This document shows, in pieces, positions 1 to 12,189 of a DNA stretch of 64,000 bases. Origin of the DNA: Vicugna vicugna (lineage: Eukaryota); assembly GCA_013265495.1 (NCBI GenBank), contig MU058290.1, positions 124,001 through 188,000 on the forward strand, written 5' to 3'. The notes below the pieces were generated by a model. It did no database searches. It saw only the letters and a list, made by a program, of their open reading frames with translations, and was not told the origin of the DNA. Numbering within the stretch: position 1 is the first letter of the stretch; the number at the start of each line of letters is the position of its first letter. The translations under genes and the position numbers were made by a program.

Positions 1-353
1 GGAAATATAAGAGCAGGAGGCTTTTAGAGGTGGGAGACATGAAAAAAGAAAAAAAAAAGATCTTTCTAGACCAAGAGAGAGAATTATTACCCTAAATAAC
101 CATTCTTTCTGGGATTCCCATTATGAGTTTTCCAGCACTGACCTCAAGTAAAGGATTTTTCTATGCTAGTCGAGCCATGGTATTTTGTTAATGAACACTG
201 TTGAGAGACTAGTGTGTATAGATTTCAGTGTTTGATTCTGTACAGAATAAAGAGAAGCAGAGACTATGCTCCAGGCTCAAGGAATTTTCAGCCTTCATAA
301 GAGGAAGAAAAGACTAACAGGTATCAACTAGATTCAAAAAATTAGAAGAAGCA

Positions 354-470
354 GGGAAGGTATTGCTCAGTGGTAGAGTATGTGCTTAGCATGCGTGAGT
401 TCCTGGATTCAATCCCCAACACCTCTATAAATAAGGAAACTTAATTACCTACCCTTCCCCAAATAAAATC
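354..470 (+). mobile_element. tRNA-derived SINE (camelid Vic-1-like)
   Basis: A-box gctcagtggtagag, B-box ggattcaatcccc, tail aaacttaattacctaccc. Confidence 0.85.
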
Positions 471-1330
471 AAGTGAAATATTACCCATGCTATAGGCTTT
501 CAAAAAAGCAAAAAAACAAAAAAAAATTACTCTGGGTTAAAGTGTAAATAGACAGGGAAGATGTCACAGGAGAGGAAGCAGTGGTGCTGCCCAGGTCGCC
601 GGAATCCTGACAACCAGATGGACCCTTTGTTCAGCTCTCCGAGCATCACTGGTCCCACATCATCTCCTCCTTCTCTGCCTCATCTCACACAGCTCTGCCT
701 GCCCGCTTCTCTGCCCCTCCTTCCCCTGTGAGACCCAATAAGAGGAATTCCCAGAGAACAAATACAATTTCACTTCTTGCCTTGCAACCAGCTGGAATCA
801 GTCTCCAGAGGATCTACTTGCCAAAGGACCTGGTAAAGACCGAAATCCCATGACTGAGACTCAGTGGGAAAAGAGATGAGAGAGAGGGAAAATAGCATTG
901 CGTATTTTTTTAAGTGGCTACCCTGTACCAGGAACTGTGTGAGGCTGAGGAGACACAGCGGTAGTGAGGACCGCGTTGGGCGAAATCACTGTGACCACTA
1001 TGGAGACTACAGACCCTACCGATGAGATTACAGACACGGGGAAAAGGCAGAGAAATAACGAGATGATTCTGGGCACTTTATACATATTATCTTATATAAT
1101 TCTCATATTTCCTTTTTTTTCCCACAAGGGGAAACTGAAGTTAGTTGAATGAGGTAGAATAAATTTTTGTTAGTAGATAAGCAGGGATTTGAAGTTGGGT
1201 CTTCAGACGCCACAGCTGATAGATTGTCTTCTCACTGCATCATACTTTCATTAACAGATATAACAGTATTAACTTACAAGTACGGGTCAACCCTGGGAAT
1301 GTCATAAGGAAAAGACAGCTATCCTCCTAA

Positions 1331-1370
1331 CATTTTCCTTATTTTTCATCTCTTTTAATTTTTACTGCAG
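1331..1370 (+). promoter_or_regulatory. RNASE11: Splice acceptor of the RNASE11 coding exon (exon starts 1371)
   Basis: cattttccttatttttcatctcttttaatttttactgcag, AG at 1369-1370. RNase A family genes typically have a 5' UTR intron and a single coding exon. Confidence 0.8.
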
Positions 1371-1392
1371 AAGAGTTTGCCCTAGATCTGAG

Positions 1393-1992
1393 ATGGAGAC
1401 CTTCTCTCTGCTGCGACTTGGCCTATGGTTGGTTTTTGCAGGAGCTCCAGAAAGTATAACGGAGGTAATTAAAGAAGAATTTTTAGAGGAAGAGATGCAA
1501 TATGACACGGCAAAATGTGACCAAGAAAAGCAGACCGTTGTGGTTTTAATGAATTGGACTCTGTTAGATAGAAATACCAGCCTCAGTATGTCCAATGATG
1601 TGAGGTCGTTCTCATTACTGACATTCAGAAGATTGTGTTATAGCTTCCCCCAAAGAAGTGGTCCAGTTAGTAACAAAAAGCACTACAATGACGTGACAGT
1701 CTGGAGAAAAGTTTCAGAAGCTAATGGGTCATGCAAGTCAAGTAACAACTTCATTTATGGCTCCATGGAAGTGATCTGCGGGGTCTCCGAGGCTCCCAGC
1801 TGCAAGAGTGGGCAGAATCCTGGCATAAGCTGCTCTGAGAGCCTGGAACACGGGACCACTACATGCCAGCTCACCATGGGCAAACAGTCCCCCAGGTGCC
1901 AACACCACAGTGTCACCTCATTAAAGAAAATGATGGTGGTGCTGACAAGTCATTCTCTGATGAGCTGGTTAGTTAGTGACTCTAAGTTGTAA
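1393..1992 (+). CDS. RNASE11: Ribonuclease 11 (non-canonical, probably inactive RNase A family member), single coding exon, 199 aa
   Basis: Intact 199-aa ORF with hydrophobic N-terminus and acidic segment (IKEEFLEEEMQYD). It has the RNase A-type motif CKSSNNF, the sequence TVWRKVSEANGSC and the C-terminus HSLMSWLV.DSKL, matching my recollection of mammalian RNASE11. A polypyrimidine tract and CAG acceptor lie 22 nt upstream of the ATG. Confidence 0.95.
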   Translation: METFSLLRLGLWLVFAGAPESITEVIKEEFLEEEMQYDTAKCDQEKQTVVVLMNWTLLDRNTSLSMSNDVRSFSLLTFRRLCYSFPQRSGPVSNKKHYNDVTVWRKVSEANGSCKSSNNFIYGSMEVICGVSEAPSCKSGQNPGISCSESLEHGTTTCQLTMGKQSPRCQHHSVTSLKKMMVVLTSHSLMSWLVSDSKL

Positions 1993-2129
1993 ACCCCACA
2001 GGACTTTGAGACTAGAATTTACCTGAAGAAGGACATACTGATTCTCATTGCTAGTTACTGCTTTCCATTATTCACATCTACCCGTTCAGCACCGCAGGCT
2101 ACTCTTGATTACTTTTACGAACTGGAGAA

Positions 2130-2694
2130 ATTAAAAACCCAAAATTGCGGATAATTCAATTAAAATGCATGACCGATCCTGGAGGGCAGATATTTTCTCT
2201 TTTTCTTTCTTATACATACACACATAAACTTTCTCTGAACCAAACTGAATTCCACCCTAGCTCAGCTATAAAGCCAAGAAGCAGAGTCTACCCAGCTTGA
2301 CAGAATTATAGAGAGAAGCCCCAAACCAATGCAGATAATTGAAGGGGGAGGGTGTAGCTCAGTGGTAGAGCTCATGCTTAGCATGCACGAGGTCCTGAGT
2401 TCAGTCCCCAGCACCTCCACTAAAATAAATTAATGAAATAAACCTAATAACCACTTCCCCCACAAAAAGTTAACTGTACTGCCACAGAGACTGCTCAGAG
2501 AAGAAGTGAATGGCATGGGGGATATTATTATCATTGCTTCTCTTCAAAGAATTATGCAGCTGGGAGTCTACATGTCCTCCAGAAGCTGCCAGATGACAAA
2601 GGACCTTCGGTTTAGCTGCTGCCCTCATTCAATCCCCATTCCTCCATCCTCATCACTATCTATTTCACAAGTTGCTACAGAGAGAGAAAATAAA
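2130..2694 (+). terminator. RNASE11: Candidate RNASE11 polyadenylation signals
   Basis: ATTAAA at 2130-2135 and 2159-2164 followed by a T-rich stretch; AATAAA at 2689-2694. The sequence alone does not show which is used. Confidence 0.4.
2344..2469 (+). mobile_element. tRNA-derived SINE (Vic-1-like)
   Basis: ggggagggtgtagctcagtggtagag...gagttcagtccccagcacctcc...aaacctaataacc. Confidence 0.85.
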
Positions 2695-4776
2695 GCTCTA
2701 ATTGCAATTTTCACTCAAGCATAGTCTGGATTTCCTGGGGCTGTGCGTGAGGCATGGCAAGTCACGGAGGGATGGAGGAGGTAAGGCAGACGGGAAATAG
2801 GAAGTCTGTACTAAGTACTGCAGTTTCTGATGTGGCAGTCAATTTTTTTTCAGCACCGATTGTTTATTTGTAAGTAAATCTTCATGGCTTAACACTGCGT
2901 AAAACATGGGCAGTTGTCTTGTCCATGAATGTGTTACCTCATCATACATCCTCCCTCCATCCCGAAACCACTCTTTTTTAATGTCCTGATTTTAAATAAA
3001 TGAATGTAAATGAACCTTGCGCCATCACTCTTTATATATAAATTTTACTAATGTTTTTCCCAGCCAGTGCAGAATTCTCATGATATCGAAACTGTGAAAT
3101 TCTGATGAGCAGCCAATATGCAACATTAGGGCAGATATTTTTATATCTTTTAGTTGGATTTTCCTTGTAGGTGTGGTGGTCATTTAAATAAACAATCCCT
3201 ATGAGCTTGGCCAAATAGGTATGTTATTAGCACTCAATATGCACTTGGCAGCTAGAGAAGAAAGTGATAGAGCAGAATGCTCGAGGCTTGAAGTCCTCTT
3301 CTCTGTAGGAGGAGAATGCGGGGTCCTGGAAGGAAGGGGTGGGTACTCACTGGTTCTATTTCAGCTGTAGTTTCCACGTGGCCAGGCTGGGGCCACCACC
3401 CACTCACCAAACATAGTATGGACTCTATCCAGAGTGGAGCAGCCCAGAGGGTCCCTTCTTGGTTCCAACTTGGTTCAAATTTGAGTAAATTCTTTCCTCT
3501 GGGTTCACCCCTGGGTGGTGAGCGTATTAGCCACAGAGACAGTAACTATCTGAACTCTGGATAATACATAAGAAAAAGCAAATCCAGCATAGTTTGGAAT
3601 TTAGTACAGACTCCTTCCTTCACCAGGAAACAAGGACAAAGACCCAGCAGAATGGAGTCCTCTTTCCAGGTCAAGAGCATCCTCTTCTAAGGAGCCTTAA
3701 TTAAGACAAAGCCTTCCCACTTCTCTGAAGGAATCAGGAGATTTGGGGGCCAAGCCTTTGGTGCTTTGATCTCCCAGAATCTTCCTAGTCATCATACTAG
3801 GAAACATGAAAGATGTCAAACATGGAGCTGCCGTGGACGGTCAGGCCTCCTGAGGGCTGGCACTTCTCACCCTCAAAGCCTGTCACCTCTTTGATATCAT
3901 ATGCATCCTAAGATCCCTCATGGGGACAATAGGCGGAGGATTTCAGATTCCAAAACATGTGGTTTTTATAATGTTCCTTTTCTGCTCCTGAGCCACAGAG
4001 GTCTCCTTTTTCTCTCTTGTAGCTTCACACCTAAATTTCTCAGGCTGGCTTTCAGGGCCACTGATGCTGCGTTCTCGTGCTACCAAGCCCGCCTCCAGCA
4101 CCTGCCCCGTCTCCACTGTTTTGAGGCTGCACAGTCTACAGAAGTTGTATCTGCATCCTCGCTGCTTTGATGGGCTTATTTTGAAGTCCTTCCCTTCTCC
4201 TTTCTCATTCTATTGGCTCATCCCACTCAGTTGCAGGAGCACCATCGGACTAGAAATAGCCCAACAAGTGTGTCTTGTACTGATTAGAAAAATACCTGAG
4301 GGGTAGGTATGCATCATACCCCTGTAGCTAAAAGGGAACATTAGAGGGAGTGAAATGAGGTGATAGAGAAGAAAGATCTAATCATAAGGGCTGTGGGAGG
4401 GGGAGTCAGGGCGAGAAAGGAAGGTGGGACTGGAGTGATAAAGAGGTGTGAGAAAGAGATACTGACAAGGGTTATTTAGCATAAGAGAAGTACTCTTCTC
4501 ATCTGTAATCATTCCCTCCATTTTCCCAACATAAATTTCCTTTAACCAAGAATTCTGAGGCGACACAGTTCCCTGGCCTCAAAGGCCCAGGATGATGCTG
4601 AAGTAAAGAGCGCCTTTGCAACATCAGAAGTAAATCCTCATATATTTTACTGACTCCTCATACCCCCTCCCCACAAAAAAAGTCATTTCACATCATTGGG
4701 ACTCAGTTTCTTTCCGACCTAACGCAGAGGTTGGATTAGATCCGGGTTCTCGGACTTAGGTATGCATCGGGGTCCC

Positions 4777-5377
4777 TGTGGTAAGGCTTTCAGTTTGCCC
4801 ACTCAAAACCCATCCTCCTTGCTCTCAAGACATGCAGGTTAGTGAGGAACAGGGCTACCCACCCAGACTTCCTTTCCCAGGCCATCTGAGCAGAAGTGAT
4901 GTGTACCACTTCTAAGTCCAGGGTTTACGACATTGCCTCCTCTGTGAGTTTTTTTTCCTTTCCAAGAGCTAGATCCCAACAATGGATGTAAGTATGACTC
5001 AACTCTAATCATGTAGGTGATGATAGTGTCCTAGGAATAACCTAAACAGCAAAAAGGGAGGAAGTCACGTGCCTGAATAACTGTGTCAAACAGTTATCTT
5101 GCCAACCTGGACTGCTCAACTTGGGACTGATCTATGAGAGAGAAATAAATAGATTTCTTTAAATTTTATTTATTGATTTTTTCAGTGGGGAGGAGGTAAT
5201 TAGGTTTCCATTTGTTTGTTTTTAATAAAGGTATTGGGGATTGAACCCAGGACCTTGTGCATGCTAGGCACACACTCTACCACTGAGTTATACCTCCCCC
5301 CATAAATAGATATTTTTAAAGTCCACTACACTTTGAGATTTTGTTCCATCAGCTTAGCCTTACCCTAACAAATTACA
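4777..5377 (+). mobile_element. ERVL-MaLR LTR (MLT1-like) with a nested SINE, inside a MER5-like hAT MITE (about 4740-5520)
   Basis: tgtggt start, gcagaagtgatgtgtaccacttc, gagagaaataaa, end gccttaccctaacaaattaca. Flanking pieces gggttctc...atgcatc and ccaaagtttgaacaccacta resemble MER5. Confidence 0.6.
5164..5301 (-). mobile_element. tRNA-derived SINE (Vic-1-like) with TSD
   Basis: Reverse SINE body (ggggattgaacccaggacc...ctctaccactgagttatacctcccc) flanked by ataaatagatttctttaaa / ataaatagatatttttaaa. Confidence 0.85.
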
Positions 5378-5964
5378 GAACTTTAGGAGCTGTTATATAT
5401 AAATCCCCGGGCCCTAATCCAGGAGATTTGGGGTCTGTAGATCAAGATAAGGCTACCGTATGCGGGTTTGTTACCAAAGTGTTAGGTTTGCTGACGTGCT
5501 CCAAAGTTTGAACACCACTAGCTTAGATAACCTAAAAGCTTTCTTTCTGGTTATAGGATCTTCTATTTCTCAGCCCAATTAGGGGAAAAAAGAAAAGGCT
5601 GCTGCCTATATATTCAGAGCTTTTGAGGACAGCACAGGGGCAAAGCAAGCCAATTTAGCTCTGAGTATCCACCTCCAAACAGTGTCCCAGAACTACCAAG
5701 ACAGTCCCACCCTGAAACCCCCTAGCCAGAGAACACAGCTGGGGGAGACACACGAGGGCACTGCAAGAGGGACTCGGGTTCCGGAAAGAGTGGCTGAGAA
5801 TTTCGAAGGGGGTCACACGCAAGGGATGCATCCTTTTCATTCCAGCAACCAGAGAACTGGCAGGTTTTTGATAAGATGGCAGCTTTAACTCCCTAAACCT
5901 TCATATTTATCAAATATGTTCAACTTTTTCAAGCTCACATGTGATAATGTCCACAGGGATGATT

Positions 5965-6215
5965 AATAGTAACAATAATTAATAACAACAGTTGAGGCCT
6001 TATGATATGCCAGGTATTGGTCTAAAATGTACATATTCTTTTTTTATTCTCAGAATAACCTCCATGGGTTAGATTATTATTATCCTCACCTTAGGGATGA
6101 AGAAACTGATGCACAAAGACTCTGGGTAACGTACAGTCACACACATAATGAGGAGACCCCCAGGAACGAACAAGAACAGTCTCATTCCATGGGCCATGCT
6201 TTTAGCCACTCATCT
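5965..6215 (-). mobile_element. MIR SINE
   Basis: tatgccaggtattggtctaa...attattatcctcaccttagggatgaagaaactgatgcacaaaga resembles the MIR core. Confidence 0.65.
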
Positions 6216-6369
6216 TTGTTAGGGAAAAAGCAAACTTGTCCATACAGGAAAGACAGTGGTGGAAGACTTCTGAATAAATTCCACCTCACATGATTATTTT
6301 GGAGATTAAATGGAAGCTGTCATTACCGTGACTGTGATGATGATCAGATCAGGGCACTGTGTTAAGCAC

Positions 6370-6960
6370 ACAACCGGAGAAAAACATTTGCAATACATAT
6401 GGCTGATAAAAGGGTGACATCTTTAATACATAAAGAGGTCTGTCAACTTAATAAGGTAAAGATGAACATATCTGTAGACAAACAAGCAAGGGTCCTATAG
6501 AAAAACAGAAAATTAACAAAAGAAAAAAATAGTTGTTAAACATTTGGAAAATTTTTCCTTCCTCCTAAAGGTAATATAAATAAAAAACAACATACAAGGA
6601 CCTATTGCATAGCACAGGGAACTTTATTCAATTTCTTCTAATAACATACAACAGAAAAGAAACTGAAAAGAAAATATATACATATATGTATAACTGAATC
6701 ACTTTGCTGTACAACTAAAACTAACATTGTAAATGAACTACACCTCAATTAAAAACAAATTTTTTTCAGTGACATCTTTTTTTTTTAACCTGCCCAATCA
6801 GCAGAAATAAGATTTTAAGAAATAACATAGTGCCGGCATAAGTGCAGGAAAGGGGACATCCTCATGCACTCCTCTTGGAAAAACAAATGGATGTACTTGC
6901 TGTCTTTCTGGAGAACAGTTTGAACAAAGCCGCATTCTAGATTTCAGACCCTCTGCCAAG
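6370..6960 (+). mobile_element. Old L1 ORF2 3' fragment with a nested younger L1 3' end (about 6590-6760)
   Basis: ggagaaaaacatttgcaatacatat...; acaaggacctattgcatagcacagggaac...tacacctcaattaaaaa. Confidence 0.65.
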
Positions 6961-8568
6961 TTTGGTTTTTTTACTCCACTGATGACACTCCCCCCTCCTC
7001 TCATAGCTCGGGACCTCGTCGGGGGGCTTGAGTAGACCCTGGGGCTTGTGTTGCCTAGGGTCAGAGAGCAGGGCTGCGTGAGACACGTGACAGCTGCAGG
7101 CTGTGCCTCTGGCCTGTGCACTGCTGGCTCTCCCCAGCTCAGGCTGTTCCAAGAACCCCGTGTTCTCCTTGACAGGAATGTGCACTGAACTCTCTGACCC
7201 GTCACGTTCAATAAGCCTTCTGAGAGCTCTCCTGGGCCCGGGAGGCAGGGCCGGTTGGAGGAAGAATCAGGAGGTATTGGGGAGCAAAGTTGGGAGGATG
7301 GGCTCTTCAAACATGCCTCCAGGAAGAATGAGGACTGTTCCTTCTCCCTTTGTGACACCTTTTACCTTCTATCCCTTCCCCATCCAACTTGCATGTCCTC
7401 TTCTCTTGTGCCCTCCACACACACCTCCCTTTTGCAAGCCCATGTGTCTGTCTTCTGCTTTCTATTTTCCTTCCAGGCTTTTCACCACTCCTTCTGATTA
7501 ATCATCTTGCTTAAGCAATATTTGCCAGTTATTTGTCAATGACTCCACTTTTCCACACTGTGATTTTTGGAAGCTAGTCGTCCCACTATGGGCAGGGGAG
7601 TTATGCTGCTCCCGGAGGGGCTAGAATCTACATAAACTCTTTATGTAAAAAGATTTGTCTTTTCTCCTTCATTTATTTATCTATTCAAACACTTACTTAT
7701 ATCGGTGTTTTATTTTCCTCTTTGGATACGATCCAATACTCAATTATTGTGTTGTTCAAATTGTTCTAGTTTTGGTTGCCAGGAGTTTTTTCAGGTGCCT
7801 CCTGTGTCCCTTTAACATTTTGTATTTTGGGTTTTTCTGGGAATTCAATTTTTTTTTTTTTTTTGCACACTGTCTTACTTTTTATGCCCAAGGTGGGGAG
7901 GTAATTAGTTTGTTTGTTTGTTTATTTATTTATTTATTTATCTTAATAGAGGTACTGGGAATTGAACCCAGGACCTGTGCATGCTGAGCACACACTCTGC
8001 CAGTCAGCTATACCCTCCCCCTGTGCACTCTCTTACTTTTTGACATTACAAGGTACTCCAGGCTCATCTCATATTCCCTGTCCCAGGCCTAGAATTAGCC
8101 ATTTCTTCAAGGATTGTGGTTCTTTTTATTGGAGAATGGTATTTAAAAACAAAGATTTGGGTGCTGGTTGCACTTATTGCTCCTGGAATGTCACTGTTTC
8201 TGAAACACCTCAGAGAACAGAGCTAAGAAATTTATATATGTCGACTTGTGTATACACACATATCTGTAATTATATATCAATCAGCATTTATTTTAAGCCA
8301 AATCCATACTGATATGTACAACTCTAAACCACATGGTTTATTCTAGCCTTTTCCTCTGCTTATCTGGAAACTCTCACTCCAATAGTGAGAAACATGGTCC
8401 CCACCATCCACAATTCATTTACTTATTTGTTCAGTCCCAGTACAGATACACAGCAGTCTCAATTTAACTCCTACCCCCATGGGAAACAGCTTATTAACTA
8501 GAGTACAGTTCTTTTGTGCAGCTCCTTTTGCCTTTAGTCTTACAGTTTCCAGTAATTTCCAAAGTTAC

Positions 8569-8965
8569 TGTCAGTCTGGTCTGCTCTAACAAAAATACCA
8601 TATACTACGTGGCTTATAAACAACAGAAAACTATTTCTCACAATTCTGGAGGTTGGGAAGTCCAAGATCAAGGTACAAGTACATTTGGTGTCTCATGAGA
8701 ATTCATGTCCTGGTTCACAGATGACTGTTTTCTGGCTATAATTTCTTTTTAACATTTTTTATTGATTTATTCTGGCTATAATTTCACATGGCAGAAGGGG
8801 TGAGGGAGATCTCTGGGGTGTTGGTCACTAATCCCATTCATGAGGGCTCCATCTTCACGGCCTAATCACTTCCCAAAGTCCCCACCTCCTAATATGATCA
8901 TATTCGAGATTAGGATTTCAACATACGAATTTGAGGGAGGGTACATAAACATTTAGTCTTTAGCA
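8569..8965 (-). mobile_element. MaLR solo LTR (MLT1A-like)
   Basis: tgtcagtctgg...aacaaaataccata...ttctggaggttgggaagtccaagatcaagg...tagca, with perfect 5-bp TSD gttac (8564-8568 / 8966-8970). Confidence 0.85.
8746..8769 (-). mobile_element. 24-bp extreme 5'-truncated L1 insertion
   Basis: tttttaacattttttattgattta is identical to the 3' terminus of the young L1 at 13284-13307. It is flanked by the perfect 16-bp TSD ttctggctataatttc (8730-8745 / 8770-8785). Confidence 0.85.
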
Positions 8966-9659
8966 GTTACTTAGGTCTGTTTTTTCTGTATCCCCTTCAG
9001 TGAGGTTATGTCATACATTTGTAGTACACTTAGATTCTTTGGTCACAGTCTGCCTTCCATCTTGGGACCAGCTGTTTTAAACATAGCCCCAGTAAATCGA
9101 TTTTTAGCAGTTAGAGCCTGACTGATTTGCATATCGCCTAAAGCTACAGCCAACATCTGCAAGCCAGAGACAAAACAAACCCTGTACCTATAAAAAAAAA
9201 ACCACAAGTTTCTGCTGCTCTGTGGAGCTCTCTGACCCTGAGACCTCCCTTTGGTCCGCTGAGCGACATTATCTAGACACATGAGCCCTTCTCCCCTGGG
9301 AGTTCTCTTGCCCCTGCCCCCGCCTTCTGGGTGGCACCCAGCCATCACCACCACATAGTCTCTGGAAGGTCACCTGCCAGGAGGGACTTCACTCATGCAA
9401 ACCTATCAAGCAGCACCCAAAGAAAGCTTGTCATGTGCTACTGCCACATTTCTCAAACTCACTGCTGTCCCCTTCTTCATATGGCGGTTTCTTGTCGAAC
9501 TCCGCAACTTCCCTAGACCCAAGACTGTTTTCTCTCCCTGGGAAAGACTTCCGAAGTTGAAAATTTTAAGGGTGTGGCAAATCAACAAACAAATCACCAC
9601 TCAAGACTTATAGGACTTTATATTTGAATTTTTTAAAACAGCTTTATTGACATATAATT

Positions 9660-10954
9660 TTTAACTTCATATTTTGTACAGATTTTTTTCTTTTTTTATT
9701 GAAGTATAGTCAGTTTACAATGCTGTGTCAATTTCTGGTGTACAGCATAATGTTTCAGTCGTGCAGATACATACATATATTGGTTTTCAGATTCTTTTTC
9801 ATTATAGGTTACTACAAGATATTGAACATAGTTTCCTGTGCTACACAGTAGTATATGTATCTATTTTATTTATAGTAATTAGTATCTTCAAATCTCAAAC
9901 TCCCAATTTATCCTTCCCCACACCATTTCCCCTCTGGTAACCACAAATTTATTTTCTATGTTTGTGAGTCTGTTTCTGTCTTGTAAATAAATTTGTTTGT
10001 GTCTTTTTTGGGAGATTCCACATAGGAGTGATAGCATATAGTATTTTTCTTTCTCTTTCTGGCTTACTTCACTTAGAATGACGATCTCTAGGTCCATCCA
10101 TGTCACTGAAAATGGCATTATTTTATTCTTTTTTATGGCTGAGTAGTATTCCATTGTATAAATATACCACCTCTTCTTTATCCAGTCATCTGTCGATGGA
10201 CATTTAGGTTGCTTCCATGTCCTGGCTATTGTATATAGTGCTGCTATGAACATTGGGGTGCATGTATCTTTTCAAATTAGAGTTCTCTCTAGGTATATGC
10301 CCAGAAGTGGGATTGCTGGATCATTTGGTGAGTCTATTTTTAGTTTTTTGAGGAAATCTCCATACTGTTTTCCATAATGGCTGCACCAAACTACATTCCC
10401 ACCAGCAGTGTAGGAGGGTTCCCTTTTCTCCACATCCTCTCCAGCATTTATTGTTTGTGGACTTTTGAATGATGGCCGTTCTGACTGGTGTGAGGTGATA
10501 CCTCATTGTAGTTTTGATTTGCATTTCTCTGATAATTAGAGATACTGAGCATTTTTTCTTGTGTCTATTGGCCGTTAGTTTGTATGTCTGGAGAATTGCT
10601 TGTTTAGGTCTTCTGCCCAATTTTAGATTGGGTTGTTTGTTTTTTTCTTATTAAGTTGTATGAGCTGTTTATATATTCTGGAAATTAAGCCCTTTTCAGT
10701 TCTCAAATATTTTCATTTGCAAATATTTTCTCCCATTTCATAGGTGGTTTTTTTGTTTTCTTTATAGTTTCCTTTTCTAGGCAAAAGCTTATAAGTTTAA
10801 TTAGGACACATTTGTTTATTTTTGCTTTTATTTCTATTACCTGGGTAGACTGCCCTAGGAGAACATTGCTAAGATTTATGTCAGAAAATGTTTTGCCTAT
10901 GTTTTCTTTTTCTTTTTTTTTTAGCCTATGTTTTCTTCTAGGAGATTTATAGTG
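9660..10954 (-). mobile_element. 5'-truncated L1 (ORF2 C-terminus + 3' UTR)
   Basis: ORF2 peptides [20 protein letters not shown] and [16 protein letters not shown]; 15-bp TSD tattgacatataatt (9645-9659 / 10955-10969). Confidence 0.95.
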
Positions 10955-10969
10955 TATTGACATATAATT

Positions 10970-11780
10970 GATATATTATAAACTGCAATATTTAAATTAT
11001 CAAACTTTGTAAGTTTTGACATACATATATGGCCATTAAATCATAACCCCAACCAAGATAGGGAACATATCCAACAGCTGCAAAATTTCATGTCCTTTAG
11101 TTATTCCTCCCTCCCATCTGTCCCTACGCTCAATTCCTAAGCAACCACTCATCTGCTTTCTTTTCACTATAGATTAATTTTCACTTTCTAGAGTTTTACA
11201 GAAATGAAATCATATGCGAGGAGGATATAACTCAGCGGTAGATCATGTGCTTAGCATGCACAAGGTCCTGCGTTCAATACACAGTACCACCATTTAAAAA
11301 ATAATAATAAATAAGTTATAAATAAATAAATAAATAACCTACCTAATTACTTCTCCCAAATTTTTTTTTTTAAATTTTAAAAAATGGAATCACACACTAT
11401 ATACTATTTTTTGTTTGGCTTCTTTCACTCAATTATTTTGAGATTCATTCATATTGTGTGTATCAATAGCTCATTCCTTTTATTGCTGATTTGTATTTTA
11501 TCAGATAGATATACTACAATTCATTTATCTATTTACCTGATAATAGAAATTTGAGTTGGTTCCTGTTTTTGGTGATTACAAATTAAGTTGCTATAAATAT
11601 TTATGTAAAAGTCTTTGTATGTCTATAAACTTCCTTTTCTCTAGAGTAAAATGTAGGAGGGGACGGGCTGGATCATATAGTGTATGTGTTTACCTTTCTA
11701 AAAAACTGCCAAACTGTTTATAAATTTGGTTGTATCATTTTACATTCTCACCAGCTGTATATGAGAAATCCGGTTCCTGA
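10970..11780 (-). mobile_element. Older L1 3' region with a nested SINE (+, about 11217-11360)
   Basis: cctaagcaaccactcatctgctttc...ttgagattcattcatattgt...aaactgccaaactgttt; SINE body ataactcagcggtagatcatgtgcttagcatgcacaaggtcctg. Confidence 0.8.
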
Positions 11781-12189
11781 AATCGTGCTTTCTAGCGACC
11801 AACAAATTACTGGGCTCCTTCTTTACCCCACTCCCAACTTCCGGATTATCTTTGCTGGCAACGAGGAATGCCTGCCTTGAACACTTTCCAGGCTGAGATG
11901 ATTGTGACCAGGCTCTGAGCTTTGTGATCTTAATCGCCCATTTGTCTGGGAGTTGGAGTGAAGCCAGAATCTTCTCAAAGGGAGCTTTTGACCTTTTTGG
12001 CCCGTACTTCTGCGGCCAGTGAGGTGGGCTGTCTGTCTCTCCTTTATTTGGCACTAGGCCATCATCTTGTATTGAGAGACTGTGAGTAGAGAAGACCCAG
12101 CACACATCAGTATTGCAGAGGACACTCACCACATCACAGACTGGATTTTATGGGAAACTGCTGGGGAAATTGCTCGCAGATCTTTTTTT

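Larger units (their letters stand above)
7500..9090 (-). mobile_element. Old L1 (L1MC/MD-like) 3' UTR fragment hosting a SINE (about 7890-8020) and an MLT1A-like LTR
   Basis: ccatttcttcaaggattgtggttctttttattggagaatggtattta...aaagatttgggtgct is an old L1 3' UTR signature. A reverse SINE body lies at 7890-8020. Confidence 0.65.

Noticed and set aside
354..430. tRNA genes at the SINE heads (here and at all other copies)
   Set aside because: The copies are diverged, have A-rich tails and TSDs, and are dispersed; they are SINEs, not tRNA genes.
6798..7501. 186-aa and 132-aa ORFs as genes
   Set aside because: No recognisable protein. The paralogous block at 23.8 kb keeps nucleotide similarity but no convincing protein-level conservation.
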